DNA of 51,896 nt, from NCBI RefSeq assembly GCF_001194135.2, contig NC_068981.1:196662566-196714461 (forward strand). The letters run 5' to 3'. Both the position numbers and the translations under genes were made by a program. Source of the DNA: Octopus bimaculoides. Taxonomy: Eukaryota. Below are positions 10,992-22,560 of the stretch, in pieces. The number at the start of each line of letters is the position of its first letter. The first letter of the stretch is position 1. The notes under the pieces were generated by a model. It did no database searches. It worked only from the letters and a program-made list of their open reading frames with translations, and was not told the DNA's origin.

Positions 10992-11381
10992 TCTTTTATT
11001 TGTTTCAGTCATTTGACTGTGGCCATGCTGGAGCACCGCCTATAGTCGAGAAAATTAACCCCAGGACTTATTCTTTGTAAGCCTAGTACTTATTCTATCG
11101 GTCTCTCTTTTGCCGCTAAGCTACGGGGACGTAAACACACCAGCATCGGTTGTCAAGCGATGTTGGGGGAGGACAAACACAGACACACAAACACACACAC
11201 ATTTAGATATACATATATACGACGGGCTTCTTTCAGTTTCCGTCTACTAAATCCACTCACAACACTTTGTTCGGCCCGAATCTATAGTAGAAGACACTTG
11301 CCCAAAGTTCCACGCAGTGGGACTGAACCCGGAACCATGTAGTTGGTATGCGAGCTACTTACCACACAGCCACTCCTGCGC
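10992..11381 (-). mobile_element. SINE group A, full length
   Basis: The reverse complement starts gcgcaggagtggctgtgtggtaagtagc. A box, B box, CORE-like block and 3' end are all present. Confidence 0.93.
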
Positions 11382-11714
11382 AAGGTTCGTTACTTTTCCT
11401 GAAACGAATTTCCAATTCCGATGGCCTTGTTTTTTGGTTATTCAATTCCTTCGCAGTGAAGCCATAATGAGCGTCATTACAAATGAAGACTTATCGTTAA
11501 GTGGATACAATAGGGAAAGTAAATATTGAGGAAATGATCGGAAAGGAATACACAGACAAGAAGAAAAATATCATATTTGACGGTGCATAAGATGTACATT
11601 TTTTTCGAAAAAAAAAATAGTTTCAAAGGAGCAGCCTCGTTTCTGTATCTGATATTGGTTCTCGTATAAAATATTTTGCGCAAAAAATTACTCTTTTCAG
11701 AATCTGTGGTGGGA

Positions 11715-12190
11715 TGGTTTCTGGACCATCCTTGCCAAGATTCACGCCATCCACCATTTGTATCGCACTGACCTCGACTTTGCAAGTGACATCCCATTGG
11801 TCTCACATGCAATCACAAATGCTTAACCACTCCTCACAAACCTGATGTCGGCTGCCATTGAAGTTGGTCTCATAATAAACCGATCGAAAACAAGAATATC
11901 AACGTTGATGAAAATGCTGGTGTGAGTGATCTTACACTTCCGTTGGGGCCCATTGGGTCACCTGCCGATTTCTCCTACCTTGGCTCTCGTATTCGCTCTA
12001 CCACAACAGTCACCTGACATAAAACTACGCCTGTTTTTGTGCTACAGTAGAATCTATTCTGCTCTAAGACTCTGAATGTTGGACCCTTACGGTGGCCCAA
12101 CAGCGATCACTTGACAACACAAACACTCGACCTCTGCGCAAGACCTTTACTATCTCCTACGCCGACCATGTTCTCCTATAAAGAGAACAT
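11715..12190 (+). mobile_element. Decayed RTE-like reverse transcriptase fragment
   Basis: TDLDFASDIPLVS...EVGLIINRSKT...DFSYLGSRI...ATVESILL*DSECWTL matches the RTE pattern DLDFADDI/VGL.IN..KT/F.YLGS/VESILLYG.E.WTL. Confidence 0.8.
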
Positions 12191-12245
12191 TTACGTCTAT
12201 TTTGACAAAAAAAAATGATGAACTCAAATATCGGTTCGAGATAAC

Positions 12246-12572
12246 TGGTACTTCGTCGGTTGCGACGTTGAGCATTCCAGTTAATCCGATCAACGGAACA
12301 AGCCTTGCTCGTGAAATTAACCTACAAGTAGATGAACATTCCACAAACACGCATACCCTTAAGGTAGTTCTCAGGGAGATTGAGTATGATACAGAGTGTG
12401 AGAAGGCTGACCCCTTTGTAATTACAGGTACAACTTATTTATGGCGGCTGATTGGACTGGAGCAACGAGGAACAAATTATCTTGCTTAAGAACACAACGC
12501 ATCGCAAGAAATCGAACGCATGACCTCCCGATCGAAAGCCGAAAACCCCAACCACTTAGCTATATTAACTGC
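12246..12572 (-). mobile_element. SINE group C (tRNA, CORE-like, shared 3' module), diverged
   Basis: Aligns along its length with 38073-38403. ORF 12202-12489 is its antisense read-through. Confidence 0.8.
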
Positions 12573-12825
12573 GGGACTAACCTTTAATCTTTGATAAAAT
12601 CATTTCTATAAAACATCGGGAGGTCTCTCCAATATGTTATTCGAATATCTTTGTTTATTCCACAGTGGCACGCAACGATAACAGTGCCTCCCTTCCGTTG
12701 TACATATCTTCAGCGGCACATCAGCGACTATTAGCTGCGCCTTTCTATTGTAACCCTCTTTAGCGGCAGACCACCACAACTGTACCTAGCGACTGCGAGT
12801 CAATGAAGGCGTCTCTACGTGGTCA

Positions 12826-12960
12826 CTCGACCTGCTAGAAAGAGCAGAGAAATCTCAGTCACTTCGAGCCCTACTTTATTAAAAATGAAAGGATACTCGA
12901 CCAATGTATTACCTGATTAAAAAACTACGGGATGGTCACCATTGGAACGCTCGATCAGAA
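12826..12960 (+). repeat. Old unclassified interspersed repeat, possible second copy at about 24950-25120
   Basis: Patchy similarity: cgtggtcactcgacctgctag versus cgtagtcgtttagcctgctga, and ggatggtcac versus gagtggtcac. Confidence 0.35.
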
Positions 12961-13778
12961 CTACCTATAGCCATATAACAAAAACGACAACGTCATCTAG
13001 GTTCATGTACCTTCACACGATAGAGACAACGCCGAGGCCTCAAACCGATCCTTGATCCATGCAAACTGCTTGTGTTATGCTGTCTGCTGACAAACTCCAT
13101 CTGTGACCTTCAACAGACGTGATGAAATTTGATTATTTAAAACAAAAGCAATAGGTACGGGCGTCGTTTGCCCTCAACCGCCCACCGGGGGCCAGAAGGC
13201 ACGGGTTCAAATATGTTCTTTGCAGCGATTTGAAAATAAATCAAGGCAAAGATTTCGATGGATTTCAAGATAAACGGTATTTCCACCGCTGACAATAACT
13301 GCGCCTCGTATTGTGCATTTTCAGCAGATGTTGCACAGCAATACATACCCTGTGGTGTAGAAGTATAGAGTGCTGGGTAGGGGAGGAGGAGGAAGGGGAT
13401 GATGATGAAGAGTGGGGTAATGTATGCAGAGAGGGCGGGACGGGATCGGGAATGAGTATAAGATGTAAATAGGTGTTGGAGGTCGAGGGTGGGTGGGTGT
13501 GTTTGCAACGTGTGAAGTATGTGTAATGTCTGGTGTGTGTATGTGCGCAGCACACACGCACATACAACCACACACAAGCATATATACATACATACGTGCG
13601 GGTTCTATATATGTATATGTGTCACTGTCTGTCTGTGTGTTTGTCAGGTAAATAAATATGTAAATCTGTATACAAACATTCATATCCCGGATGTATTTAC
13701 AGACATGCACACACACACACACACACACATACACACGCATACATACACGCACACACACACAAGCATATATATTCATAT

Positions 13779-14142
13779 GCGCAGGAGTGGCTGTCTGGTA
13801 AGTAGCTTGCTTACCAACCGCATGGTTCTGGGTTCAGTCCTACTGCGTGGCACCTTGGGCAAGTGTCTTCTACTATAGCCTCGGGCCGACTAAAGCCTTG
13901 TGAGTAGATTTGGTATGCATGTATGCATGTATTAGTGTGTATGTGTTTGTCCCCAACCACCATCGCTTGACAACTGATGTTGGTGTGCTTACGTCCCTGT
14001 AACTTAGCGTTTAGGCAAAAGTGTCCAATGCAATAAGCACTAGGCTTACAAAGAATAAGTCCTGGGATCGATTTGTTCGACGAAAAATGATGCTCCAGCA
14101 TGGCCGCAGTCCAATGACTGAAACAAATAAATGAATAAAAGA
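13779..14142 (+). mobile_element. SINE group A
   Basis: Head gcgcaggagtggctgtctggtaagtagc through the 3' end aatgactgaaacaaataaa. Confidence 0.92.
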
Positions 14143-14646
14143 ATAGATAGATAGATACATATGCGTACATATGAACCTGTGCCTGTATGTATGTATGCGT
14201 ATATGTGTGTGTGTATACATATATATATATATATCCTGCTTGTTTGTTGCACCTTGTTTACCATTTTTGTCCTTGTTCTTTTGCCACGTCATGTACCCAG
14301 TTATGTATCTATATGTACATGTGGATGAACGTATATACATACATGTACATATATATGCATATACTCATATATTGTTTATATATATATATATATATATATA
14401 TATNNNNNNNNNNNNNNNNNNNNNNNNNNNNNNNNNNNNNNNNNNNNNNNNNNNNNNNNNNNNNNNNNNCGATCTATATATATATAAACACACACACATA
14501 CATAGGTATAGATAGATCAACAGATAGATGGACAGGCAATAGACAGACAAATAGATAGATATGTACATACACAAATGAAAACGCTCAAATAAACACACAA
14601 ATAAAACACACACTCATACACTCACACACACATGACAGTTAACAGC

Positions 14647-15530
14647 TGTGACGACAGAGCCTATTGAAATCTCTTTCAGACGGCTGTATAACGGCTGTCA
14701 ACAGAAAGGTGTCAGGATCGATTCTCACTGTAGGGCGTCTGTTGACTGACCAAGAAAACATTGATACATTGACAAATATTATAAGCTAGCGCTCCAAGAC
14801 ATCGGCATTGCCTGCAGGTGATAAATGGCGTTGATGCCGATGAAAAGACACCAATATTTATCATGTCTCTGCCAATGTTTCTGTTGCTATTGTTGCAAAT
14901 TGACTGCTGCAGAGCATATAAGAACAGCTTGGCGGTTCTCTTGCTCGGTGGCTCTCTCGCTCGACGGCTCGCTTGCTCGGCGACTCTCGCTCGGCGGCTC
15001 TTTCGCTCAACGGCTCTCACGCTTGGCAGCTTTCTCGCTCGACGGCTCTCTCACTCAACGGCTCTCTTGCTCGGCGGCTCTCGCTCGGCGGTTCTCTCGT
15101 TCGCCAGCTTTCTCGTTTGACGGCTCTCTCGCTCAACGGCTCTCTTGTTCGGCAGCTCTCTCGCTCGGCAGCATTCTCGCTCGACGGCCCTCTCTCTCGG
15201 TGACTCTCTCGCTCGGCGACTCCCTCGCCGGGTGGCTCTCTCGCTCAGCAGCTCTCTTGCTCGACGGCCCTCTCGCTCGGTAACTCTCTCGCTCGGCGGC
15301 TCCCTCGCTCGGCAGCTCTCTCGTTCGCCAGCTTTCTCGCTCGGTGACTCTCTCACTCGACGGTTCTCTCGCTCAGTGGCTCAGTCTGGCTTTTCTATCT
15401 CTCGACTTGTGCCTCTTTTAGATGCTACTCATTTTAGTATCGTTGTCTGTTGTGCAATTTCGTGTCAGTCCTGACCCAGAAGAACTGTTGAGAAAGCCGC
15501 TCCAGCCGAGACCATTTTGCTAATCTCTCA
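14647..15530 (+). mobile_element. Candidate solo LTR containing a CpG-rich minisatellite
   Basis: Begins TGTGAC and ends CTCA. TATAAG at 14917-14922 lies just upstream of the array. No convincing TSD. Confidence 0.4.
14930..15375. repeat. Minisatellite, 13-16 bp unit, consensus ctctcgctcggcgg
   Basis: Direct reading; produces the ARRLS-repeat pseudo-ORFs. Confidence 0.9.
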
Positions 15531-15570
15531 GGCAGTGCACACACCCTCCCCCAAAATATAATAATAATAA

Positions 15571-15921
15571 GTACCAGAATGCAGTACCAGGCAGTGGCTC
15601 TCATGGCTTCTAATCTTAATTGATTGGAAGTGTTATCATGTACATTGTTTTGTCTTGGTATAAAAAGATGGGCTACAGCAAATATTCTGCTCAATACCAC
15701 AAATTTGCTTGTCAGTTGTTTGACCTTAACCAGTTGAGCATGTCCCTTGGTGGCAGACAATATGTGCATCTTTGATCATGAGCAGAAGTAGTGGGGGAGC
15801 ATCACAGCCATGTGTTGAGAGGAATTCTTTGGGGTTTGAATAATTCACCTCTGGAAACATGAGTGTTTTGCTCAACATCTTTAAACAAACCTTATTCAGG
15901 GACCTTTTGAGCGGGATGGGC
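15571..15921 (+). mobile_element. Repeat 'D', proximal part, running into a gap
   Basis: The start matches 47643-47721 and the end overlaps the reverse complement of 775-823. Preceded by AAT triplets. Confidence 0.75.
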
Positions 15922-16317
15922 NNNNNNNNNNNNNNNNNNNNNNNNNNNNNNNNNNNNNNNNNNNNNNNNNNNNNNNNNNNNNNNNNNNNNNNNNNNNNNN
16001 NNNNNNNNNNNNNNNNNNNNNNNNNNNNNNNNNNNNNNNNNNNNNNNNNNNNNNNNNNNNNNNNNNNNNNNNNNNNNNNNNNNNNNNNNNNNNNNNNNNN
16101 NNNNNNNNNNNNNNNNNNNNNNNNNNNNNNNNNNNNNNNNNNNNNNNNNNNNNNNNNNNNNNNNNNNNNNNNNNNNNNNNNNNNNNNNNNNNNNNNNNNN
16201 NNNNNNNNNNNNNNNNNNNNNNNNNNNNNNNNNNNNNNNNNNNNNNNNNNNNNNNNNNNNNNNNNNNNNNNNNNNNNNNNNNNNNNNNNNNNNNNNNNNN
16301 NNNNNNNNNNNNNNNNN

Positions 16318-16433
16318 AAGAAGAAGAAGAAGAAGAAGAAGAAGAAGAAGAAGAAGAAGAAGAAGAAGAAGAAGAAGAAGAAGAAGAAGAAGAAGAAGAA
16401 GAAGAAGAAGAAGAAGAAGAAGAAGAAGAAGAA
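16318..16433. repeat. (AAG)n microsatellite
   Basis: Direct reading. Confidence 0.97.
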
Positions 16434-16989
16434 ACGTTAAAATAATGGAACGACATTGAAATGTAGATATTTTGGTTAGAGTGGAGAGAAAAACGGTGAA
16501 AGAGGAGAAATGGTGTATATTGATAATGAATGATAGAATTTAGAAAGAAAATTTAAAGGAAGATATTGTTTAAATATTCTCGAATTTGAGGAAGAAGAGG
16601 CTGGATGAAAAGAAATTTAAGAAGAAATATGTGGGGATTTTTTAAAACGTATATTTAAAGAGAAAAACGAATTAGTGGAAAATAAAATGCAGGTGGGCAT
16701 TTTAGGTGTGAAACAACTGTGAATTTATCCAATTCGATTTTATTGACTTTCTATCGCCACCAAACCGATTCTTTTCGATGCTTTTTACCTTTGCGAACTC
16801 CATTGTGCAAGGTCAGTGAATATGGTAACAAAATAATCAAGCACACAAGAAAGTTTCTTTAGGTGGGGTTTTGGTGGGGAGGGGGCTGTTCTATTTGGTT
16901 CAGCAAAATAAAAGAGACAAGTCATTCGATGACGTAGAACTATTTAAAACGCTCGGAATTTAAATTTTAGGTTGTCACCACAAAAAAGT

Positions 16990-17295
16990 TTCCTACCTTA
17001 AATGGAGGATTTTATAGAGACGATGGTCATTTAATCGTACGCAATATGTCTGACCACCATTGGAATAGGCTAAGAAAAGGAATCATTAAAATTAGTACGA
17101 GGTGTAGGTTTAACAATTACATTTCGTTGAAACCCAGCCTTAGTATAGCGAAATTTCTTGATATTATTTTAAACTTGGACACAAATAAATTCCCCACTGA
17201 ACGACATCATAACGAGAAATTATTCTTTATCTTATATCTACAAAAATCCCGATCATTCGGTTATTATTCCCCGAAATGTAACAGTCTAATATATT
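16990..17295 (+). mobile_element. Penelope-like RT fragment, YRDDG type
   Basis: GGFYRDDGHLIVRNMSDHHWNRLRKGIIKI...KFLDIILNLDT fits the Penelope-like pattern GLYRDDG...R.RK.II.IF...FLDVTL.L.T. Confidence 0.75.
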
Positions 17296-17398
17296 AATAA
17301 TATCGATAATGATAATGATCGATAAATTGTAATCGGATTAATTATACAATTATCCGTCAGAATTTTCATCGATTCTTAAAATTTCATTTGTCGTTTTC

Positions 17399-17450
<52 letters not shown>

Positions 17451-17451
<1 letters not shown>

Positions 17452-17936
17452 GGCGGAGAGCTAGCAGAATCGTTCGCACGACAGACAATATATTAGTCCT
17501 GTAAGGTGGCGAGATGGCAGAGACGTTAGCACGCCGGGCGAAATACTTAGCGGTATTTCGTCTGCCACTGCGTTCTGAGTTCAAATTCCGCCGAGGTCGA
17601 CTTGGCCTTTCATCCTTTCGGGGTCGATAAAATAAGTACTAGTTACGCACTGGGGTCGATATAATCGACTAAGTCCGTTTGTCTGTCCTTGTTTGTCCCC
17701 TCTATGTTTAGCCCCTTGTGGGTAGTAAAGAAATAAGAATCGTTAGCACGCCGGGCGAAATGCTTAGCGGTATTTCGTCTGCCTTTACGTTCTGAGTTCG
17801 AATTCCGCCGAGGTCGATTTTGCCTTTCATCCTTTCGGGGTCGGTAAATTAAGTACCAGTTTTGTACTGGAGTTGATCTAATCGACTGGTCCCCTCCCCA
17901 CAAATTTCGGGTCTTGTGCCTAGAGTAGAAAAGAAT
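17451..17936 (+). mobile_element. SINE B (tail 1) interrupted by a nested SINE B (tail 2, 17503-17736)
   Basis: gaatcgtt(c/a)gcacg is duplicated at 17467-17480 and 17737-17750 around the inner copy. Confidence 0.88.
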
Positions 17937-18015
17937 ATTGTTATTATTATTATTATTATTAGTAGTAGTAGTAGTAGTAGTTGTTGTTGTTGTTGTTGTT
18001 GTTGTCGTTGTTGTT

Positions 18016-18223
18016 AAGCGGTGAGCTGGCAGAATCGTTACGTCATCGGGCGAAATGCTTTGCAGTATTTCGCTACGTTCTGAGTTCGAATTCCGCTGAG
18101 GGCGACTTTGCCTTTCATCCTTTCGCGGACCGATTAAAGAAAGCACCAGTGATACACTGAGGTCGATGTAATCGACTTACCCCCTCCCTCAAAATGGCTG
18201 CCCTTGTGGCAACATTTGAAACC
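18016..18223 (+). mobile_element. SINE B with a third tail variant
   Basis: B head and body, then ccctccctcaaaatggctgcccttgtggcaacatttgaaacc and (ATT)n. Confidence 0.85.
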
Positions 18224-18252
18224 ATTATTATTATTATTATTATTATTATTAC

Positions 18253-18297
<45 letters not shown>

Positions 18298-18360
18298 AAG
18301 CAGCAGCAGCAGTAGTAGTAGTAGTAGCAATAGTAGTAGTAGTAGTAGTAGTAGTAGCAA

Positions 18361-18408
<48 letters not shown>

Positions 18409-18772
18409 CGTGACGTCGACGACGATGATGATGCCCACCCCTTATGACAGGGGTGGATGCAGTTGTCAATAACAACCAACGCCCTCAACTGCCATAACAT
18501 CGCCCCTATCTATGCAGTGATCTCATTGATTGCAGACAAGTCATTCACTGTGAAACATGCACCATCATCATCATCATCATCGCCTCACTGTCTCTACATA
18601 AGTCTCGCTGTCTGTGTGTCTCTCTCTCTTACTCCCTCTCTCACTGCACCAATTTCTCTGTTTGTTTGCATATGTAGGTTATACGTTGTGTGCGCGCACG
18701 CGCGAGTGTGTGTGTGCATATATATAAAAATATATACATATACACATGCATGCATGTTCTTCTATATAAGTG

Positions 18773-18836
<64 letters not shown>

Positions 18837-19019
18837 NNNNNNNNNNNNNNNNNNNNNNNNNNNNNNNNNNNNNNNNNNNNNNNNNNNNNNNNNNNNNNNN
18901 NNNNNNNNNNNNNNNNNNNNNNNNNNNNNNNNNNNNNNNNNNNNNNNNNNNNNNNNNNNNNNNNNNNNNNNNNNNNNNNNNNNNNNNNNNNNNNNNNNNN
19001 NNNNNNNNNNNNNNNNNNN

Positions 19020-19054
<35 letters not shown>

Positions 19055-19058
19055 ACGT

Positions 19059-19440
19059 GGAGGTGCAATGGCCTAGTGGTTAGGGCAGTGGATTCGCAGT
19101 GTAGGATCGCGGTTTCGAATCCCAGACCGAACGCTGTGAGTATTTATTGACCAAACACACCTAAAGCGCTACGAAGTTCCGGCAGGAGGTGGTGGTGAAC
19201 CCTGCTGTATTCTTTCACCACAACTTTCTCTTACTCTTTCTTCCTGTTTCTGTTGCCCCTGTATTTCAAAAGGACCAGCTTTGTCACACTGTGTGTCAGG
19301 CTGAGTCTCCCCGAGAACTGCGTTAAGGGTACACGTCTCTGTGGAGTGCTCAGCCACTTGCACGGTAATTTCACAAGGGAGCTGTTCCGTTGATCGGACC
19401 AAACGGAACCCTCGTCGTTGTAACCGACGGAGTGCCACGA
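19059..19440 (+). mobile_element. SINE group C variant without the CORE-like block, with TSD
   Basis: A box tggcctagtgg and B box ggtttcgaatccc. Flanks are tatattggaacgt (19046-19058) and tatagtggaacgt (19441-19453). Confidence 0.92.
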
Positions 19441-19499
19441 TATAGTGGAACGTCCACAATATATGTATGCATATAGATATGTATGAGAGTACATATATA

Positions 19500-19656
19500 G
19501 GCGCAGGAGTGTCTGTGTGGAAGCTTGCTTCCCAACCACATGGTTCCGGATTCAGTCCCACTGCGTGGCACCTTGGGCATGTGTCTTCTTCTATAACCTC
19601 GGGCCAAAGCCTTGTGAGTGGATTCAGTAGACAGTAACTGACAAGAAGCCCGTCGT
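19500..19656 (+). mobile_element. SINE A, 5' half only
   Basis: Head and CORE-like block ending gaagcccgtcg, then TG/TA repeats. Confidence 0.9.
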
Positions 19657-20169
19657 ATGTATATGTGTGTACGTGTGTGTGTGTATGCATGTGTGTGTAT
19701 GTATGTATGTATGTATGTGTGCATTTGTTTGACCCGCCCAAGATACAATGAAAAATATTTCAATACATGAGTTCACATCAAGAGTCCTGTACACCAAATG
19801 CAAAAGCGAAATAACGGTCTCTCATTCGTAATTATTTCAGTATCAACATCACCAACTGACATTCTATTCCTGGCAAAATCTACTGATTTTTTAAAACAAA
19901 TTAACAGCTATCTAAATGTAAAATTCAATATTATCAAAAGTTGTGAATTTATAACTGTTTTTATTACTAATGCTATGAAAATCATTTACAATATGTCATT
20001 CCATAACGGCAAAGAAATTCCAACTCAGTTTTAAAGAATATGTTATATATTGGCTACATTTTGTTTACTAATAAAATTGTGTCATGGTTCTTAAATGTAA
20101 CGTAAGGCTACATAGAGCTAAGCGTCTGAGTCTAACATTTATTTCTAATTCGGCATAGATTTGCTTAAT

Positions 20170-20385
20170 AAGGCGGCGAGCTAGCAAAAACGTTAGCACA
20201 CTGGGCGAAATGCTTAGAGACATTTCGTCTGTCTTTACGTTCTGAGTTCAAATTCCACCGAGGTCTACTTTGCCTTTCATCTTTTCAGAGTCGACAAATT
20301 AAGTACCAGTTGCGTACTGGGTCGATNNNNNNNNNNNNNNNNNNNNNNAAAAATTTCGGGCCTAGTGCCTAGAATAGAAAAGAAT
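20170..20385 (+). mobile_element. SINE B, tail 1, with a short TSD
   Basis: tttgcttaat occurs just before the head and just after the tail; internal gap at 20327-20348. Confidence 0.88.
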
Positions 20386-20503
20386 ACATTTTGCTTAATT
20401 GTGAAATTTTTCCAGGTAAATGGTTTGTCATATTTGTATTGTTTGTTGTTTTTATATATATTCGTAATTCTTTTGATAAAAGTATTTTAATAAATTCTTT
20501 TAT

Positions 20504-20880
20504 CTTTTATTTGCTTTAGTCATTAGTCATTAGACTGAGGCCATGCTGGGGCTCTGCTTTGAGGGGTTTTAGCCCAACAAATCGACTCCACTACTTATTT
20601 AAGTGTGGCACTTACTCTATCCGTCTTTTTTCCCGAACCATTCAGTTACGAGAACGTAAACACACCAGCACCGGTTGTCAGGTGGTGTGCGGACAGACAC
20701 AAAGCAAAGACGCACGCACATGGAGACATATACTTATATTACGATGGGCTTCTACACAATCTCCGTCTATCAAATTCACCCGGGGCTATAGAGAACATTT
20801 GCCCAAGGTGTCGCACAGTGGGGGTTGAACCCGAAACTCCATGCTTGCAAAACGAGCTTCTTAACCATGCATTTCTGCCC
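20504..20880 (-). mobile_element. SINE A, diverged
   Basis: ggccatgctgg, acaccagcaccggttgtca and ttgcccaaggtgtcgcacagtggg match the A reverse complement. Confidence 0.8.
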
Positions 20881-21254
20881 CTAAGTACAAATATTTTGCT
20901 CATAGCAATCTTTGGCTTTGTTTGAGAAGACAAAGGCATTAAAAGAATTTGCAAAAGTCTTTAGCGTATTCTTCAAAGTCTGTTAAAAACTGTTAATATA
21001 AATTTTCATTCTTAGTCTTCTACGTTCAAAAACTCCGGTTTGAAACATCATGGTTTTCATAATCAAAGAATCCAACATTTTACGAACTCCTGTGCCTTTA
21101 CCAATAAGCTCTTTTATAAGCTGTTTCCTCGGGGAGAATAGTTCTTTGTCGAAGACTACAACGGATCTTCATTTGTTATGCAGTTGGCTTACTTAGCGCA
21201 CACACATACAGACACACGCTCACACATACACATATTCACACACAGATACACACA

Positions 21255-21490
<236 letters not shown>

Positions 21491-21639
21491 GAGGGAGAGA
21501 GGGTGATACGCATAGGCGTAACCATACATATATGTGTGCATGTCTGTATTTAATGTTATCGAGTGTGTAGCAAAAGTCCAAGTAAAACATTTCAGTATTA
21601 GCGCAGAACATCTCAACTCATTGTCGACTGTGTATAACA

Positions 21640-22560
21640 TTGGAAAGTGAAAAGAATGGTTTCACGGTGGCTCTAAGATGTAGAGTCTTTAATCCAACAA
21701 AAATGGAAGTAAATGTCGTTAACAAATACATTTTCGATTCTACAGATACAAATCTAAGACAAACAATAAACACAACGAAAACAGAGTACAGGCTCTGATT
21801 GTTTAACAATATTGAAGATAAACTCAACAACAAATTCTCCCAAATCGTTATTGTACAATAATGCCAATCCATTTCTGCAGATTTTCTCCTGAAAGCTATA
21901 GAATTTTAGAAAAACGTGCACTACCATACCAGCATCGATATCATTATTACAATGAATGCAAGGATGTTGTTACTATTTTATAAGAATTCCCTCAAGGTTT
22001 CAAAAATACAGAAATGGCGAGTAACCACAAAGCAGTGATTTATTCGAATGATTTTGTATTGCAGTGAAAATTAGAAAATTACCCATTTTTATTAATGGAT
22101 GACATAGGACTTTAATATAGAGGGGACGGGTTTGCAATATCCCATAACATGAATGGACTTGACAGGGGGAAAAAGATCCTATGTTTCTTAAGAATTTGGT
22201 ATGAAAACCACGACAGAACGAAATCTGAGAAAGGTAGATACATTATTAAATCTAAGCAGTTGTTAGGCTCTGCTACTACTCTGCACTCAACGAAGAAACA
22301 ATATACATAAACAGTAGGTCCAGTCACTGTTTACAATCATGCAACACCTGACAAGTGATCTACCATCGTTAAGCATATATCTAATGTCATCAAACCAAGA
22401 TATATTTAACAAAGTTACTCTACAAGACTCTGATCAAAAGTGGTTTTAATGCCAAAAGGAGTTTCAATGTATCTAGAAATAATACTATCGTTCCACAGAT
22501 TTTACAAAACCTTCAACAAAATTTCTGTTCGAGCTAGTTACAATTGTATGAGTAAGATAA
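21640..22560 (+). mobile_element. Decayed Penelope-like RT, YRDDG type
   Basis: CRVFNPTKMEV...FNNIEDK...QSISADFLLKAIEF...DIG/YRGDGFAI...GMKTTTERNLRKVD...SSNQDIFNK...LIKSGFN is collinear with a Penelope-like RT. Many stops and frameshifts. Confidence 0.75.

Noticed and set aside
12202-12489. 95-aa ORF with natural-looking composition
   Set aside because: It is the antisense strand of a SINE C copy and aligns with 38073-38403.
12650-12770. Acceptor-like tttgtttattccacag followed by a short open frame
   Set aside because: Stop codon within about 100 nt, no clear donor and no recognisable peptide.
13137-13420. Minus-strand ORF and a donor-like AGG/gtatgt near 13350
   Set aside because: No recognisable domain and no partner acceptor; a small exon cannot be excluded without transcript data.
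14712-15474. Arg/Ser/Leu-rich ORFs on both strands
   Set aside because: By-products of the 13-16 bp minisatellite, whose unit lengths do not preserve frame.
15580-15610. Slight resemblance of the repeat D start to the U1 snRNA 5' end
   Set aside because: Only about 11 of 14 nt match and similarity does not extend.
19059-19130. tRNA-like sequence with A and B boxes
   Set aside because: It is a SINE head with no closing acceptor stem and continues into the SINE body. The same holds for all A, B and C heads.
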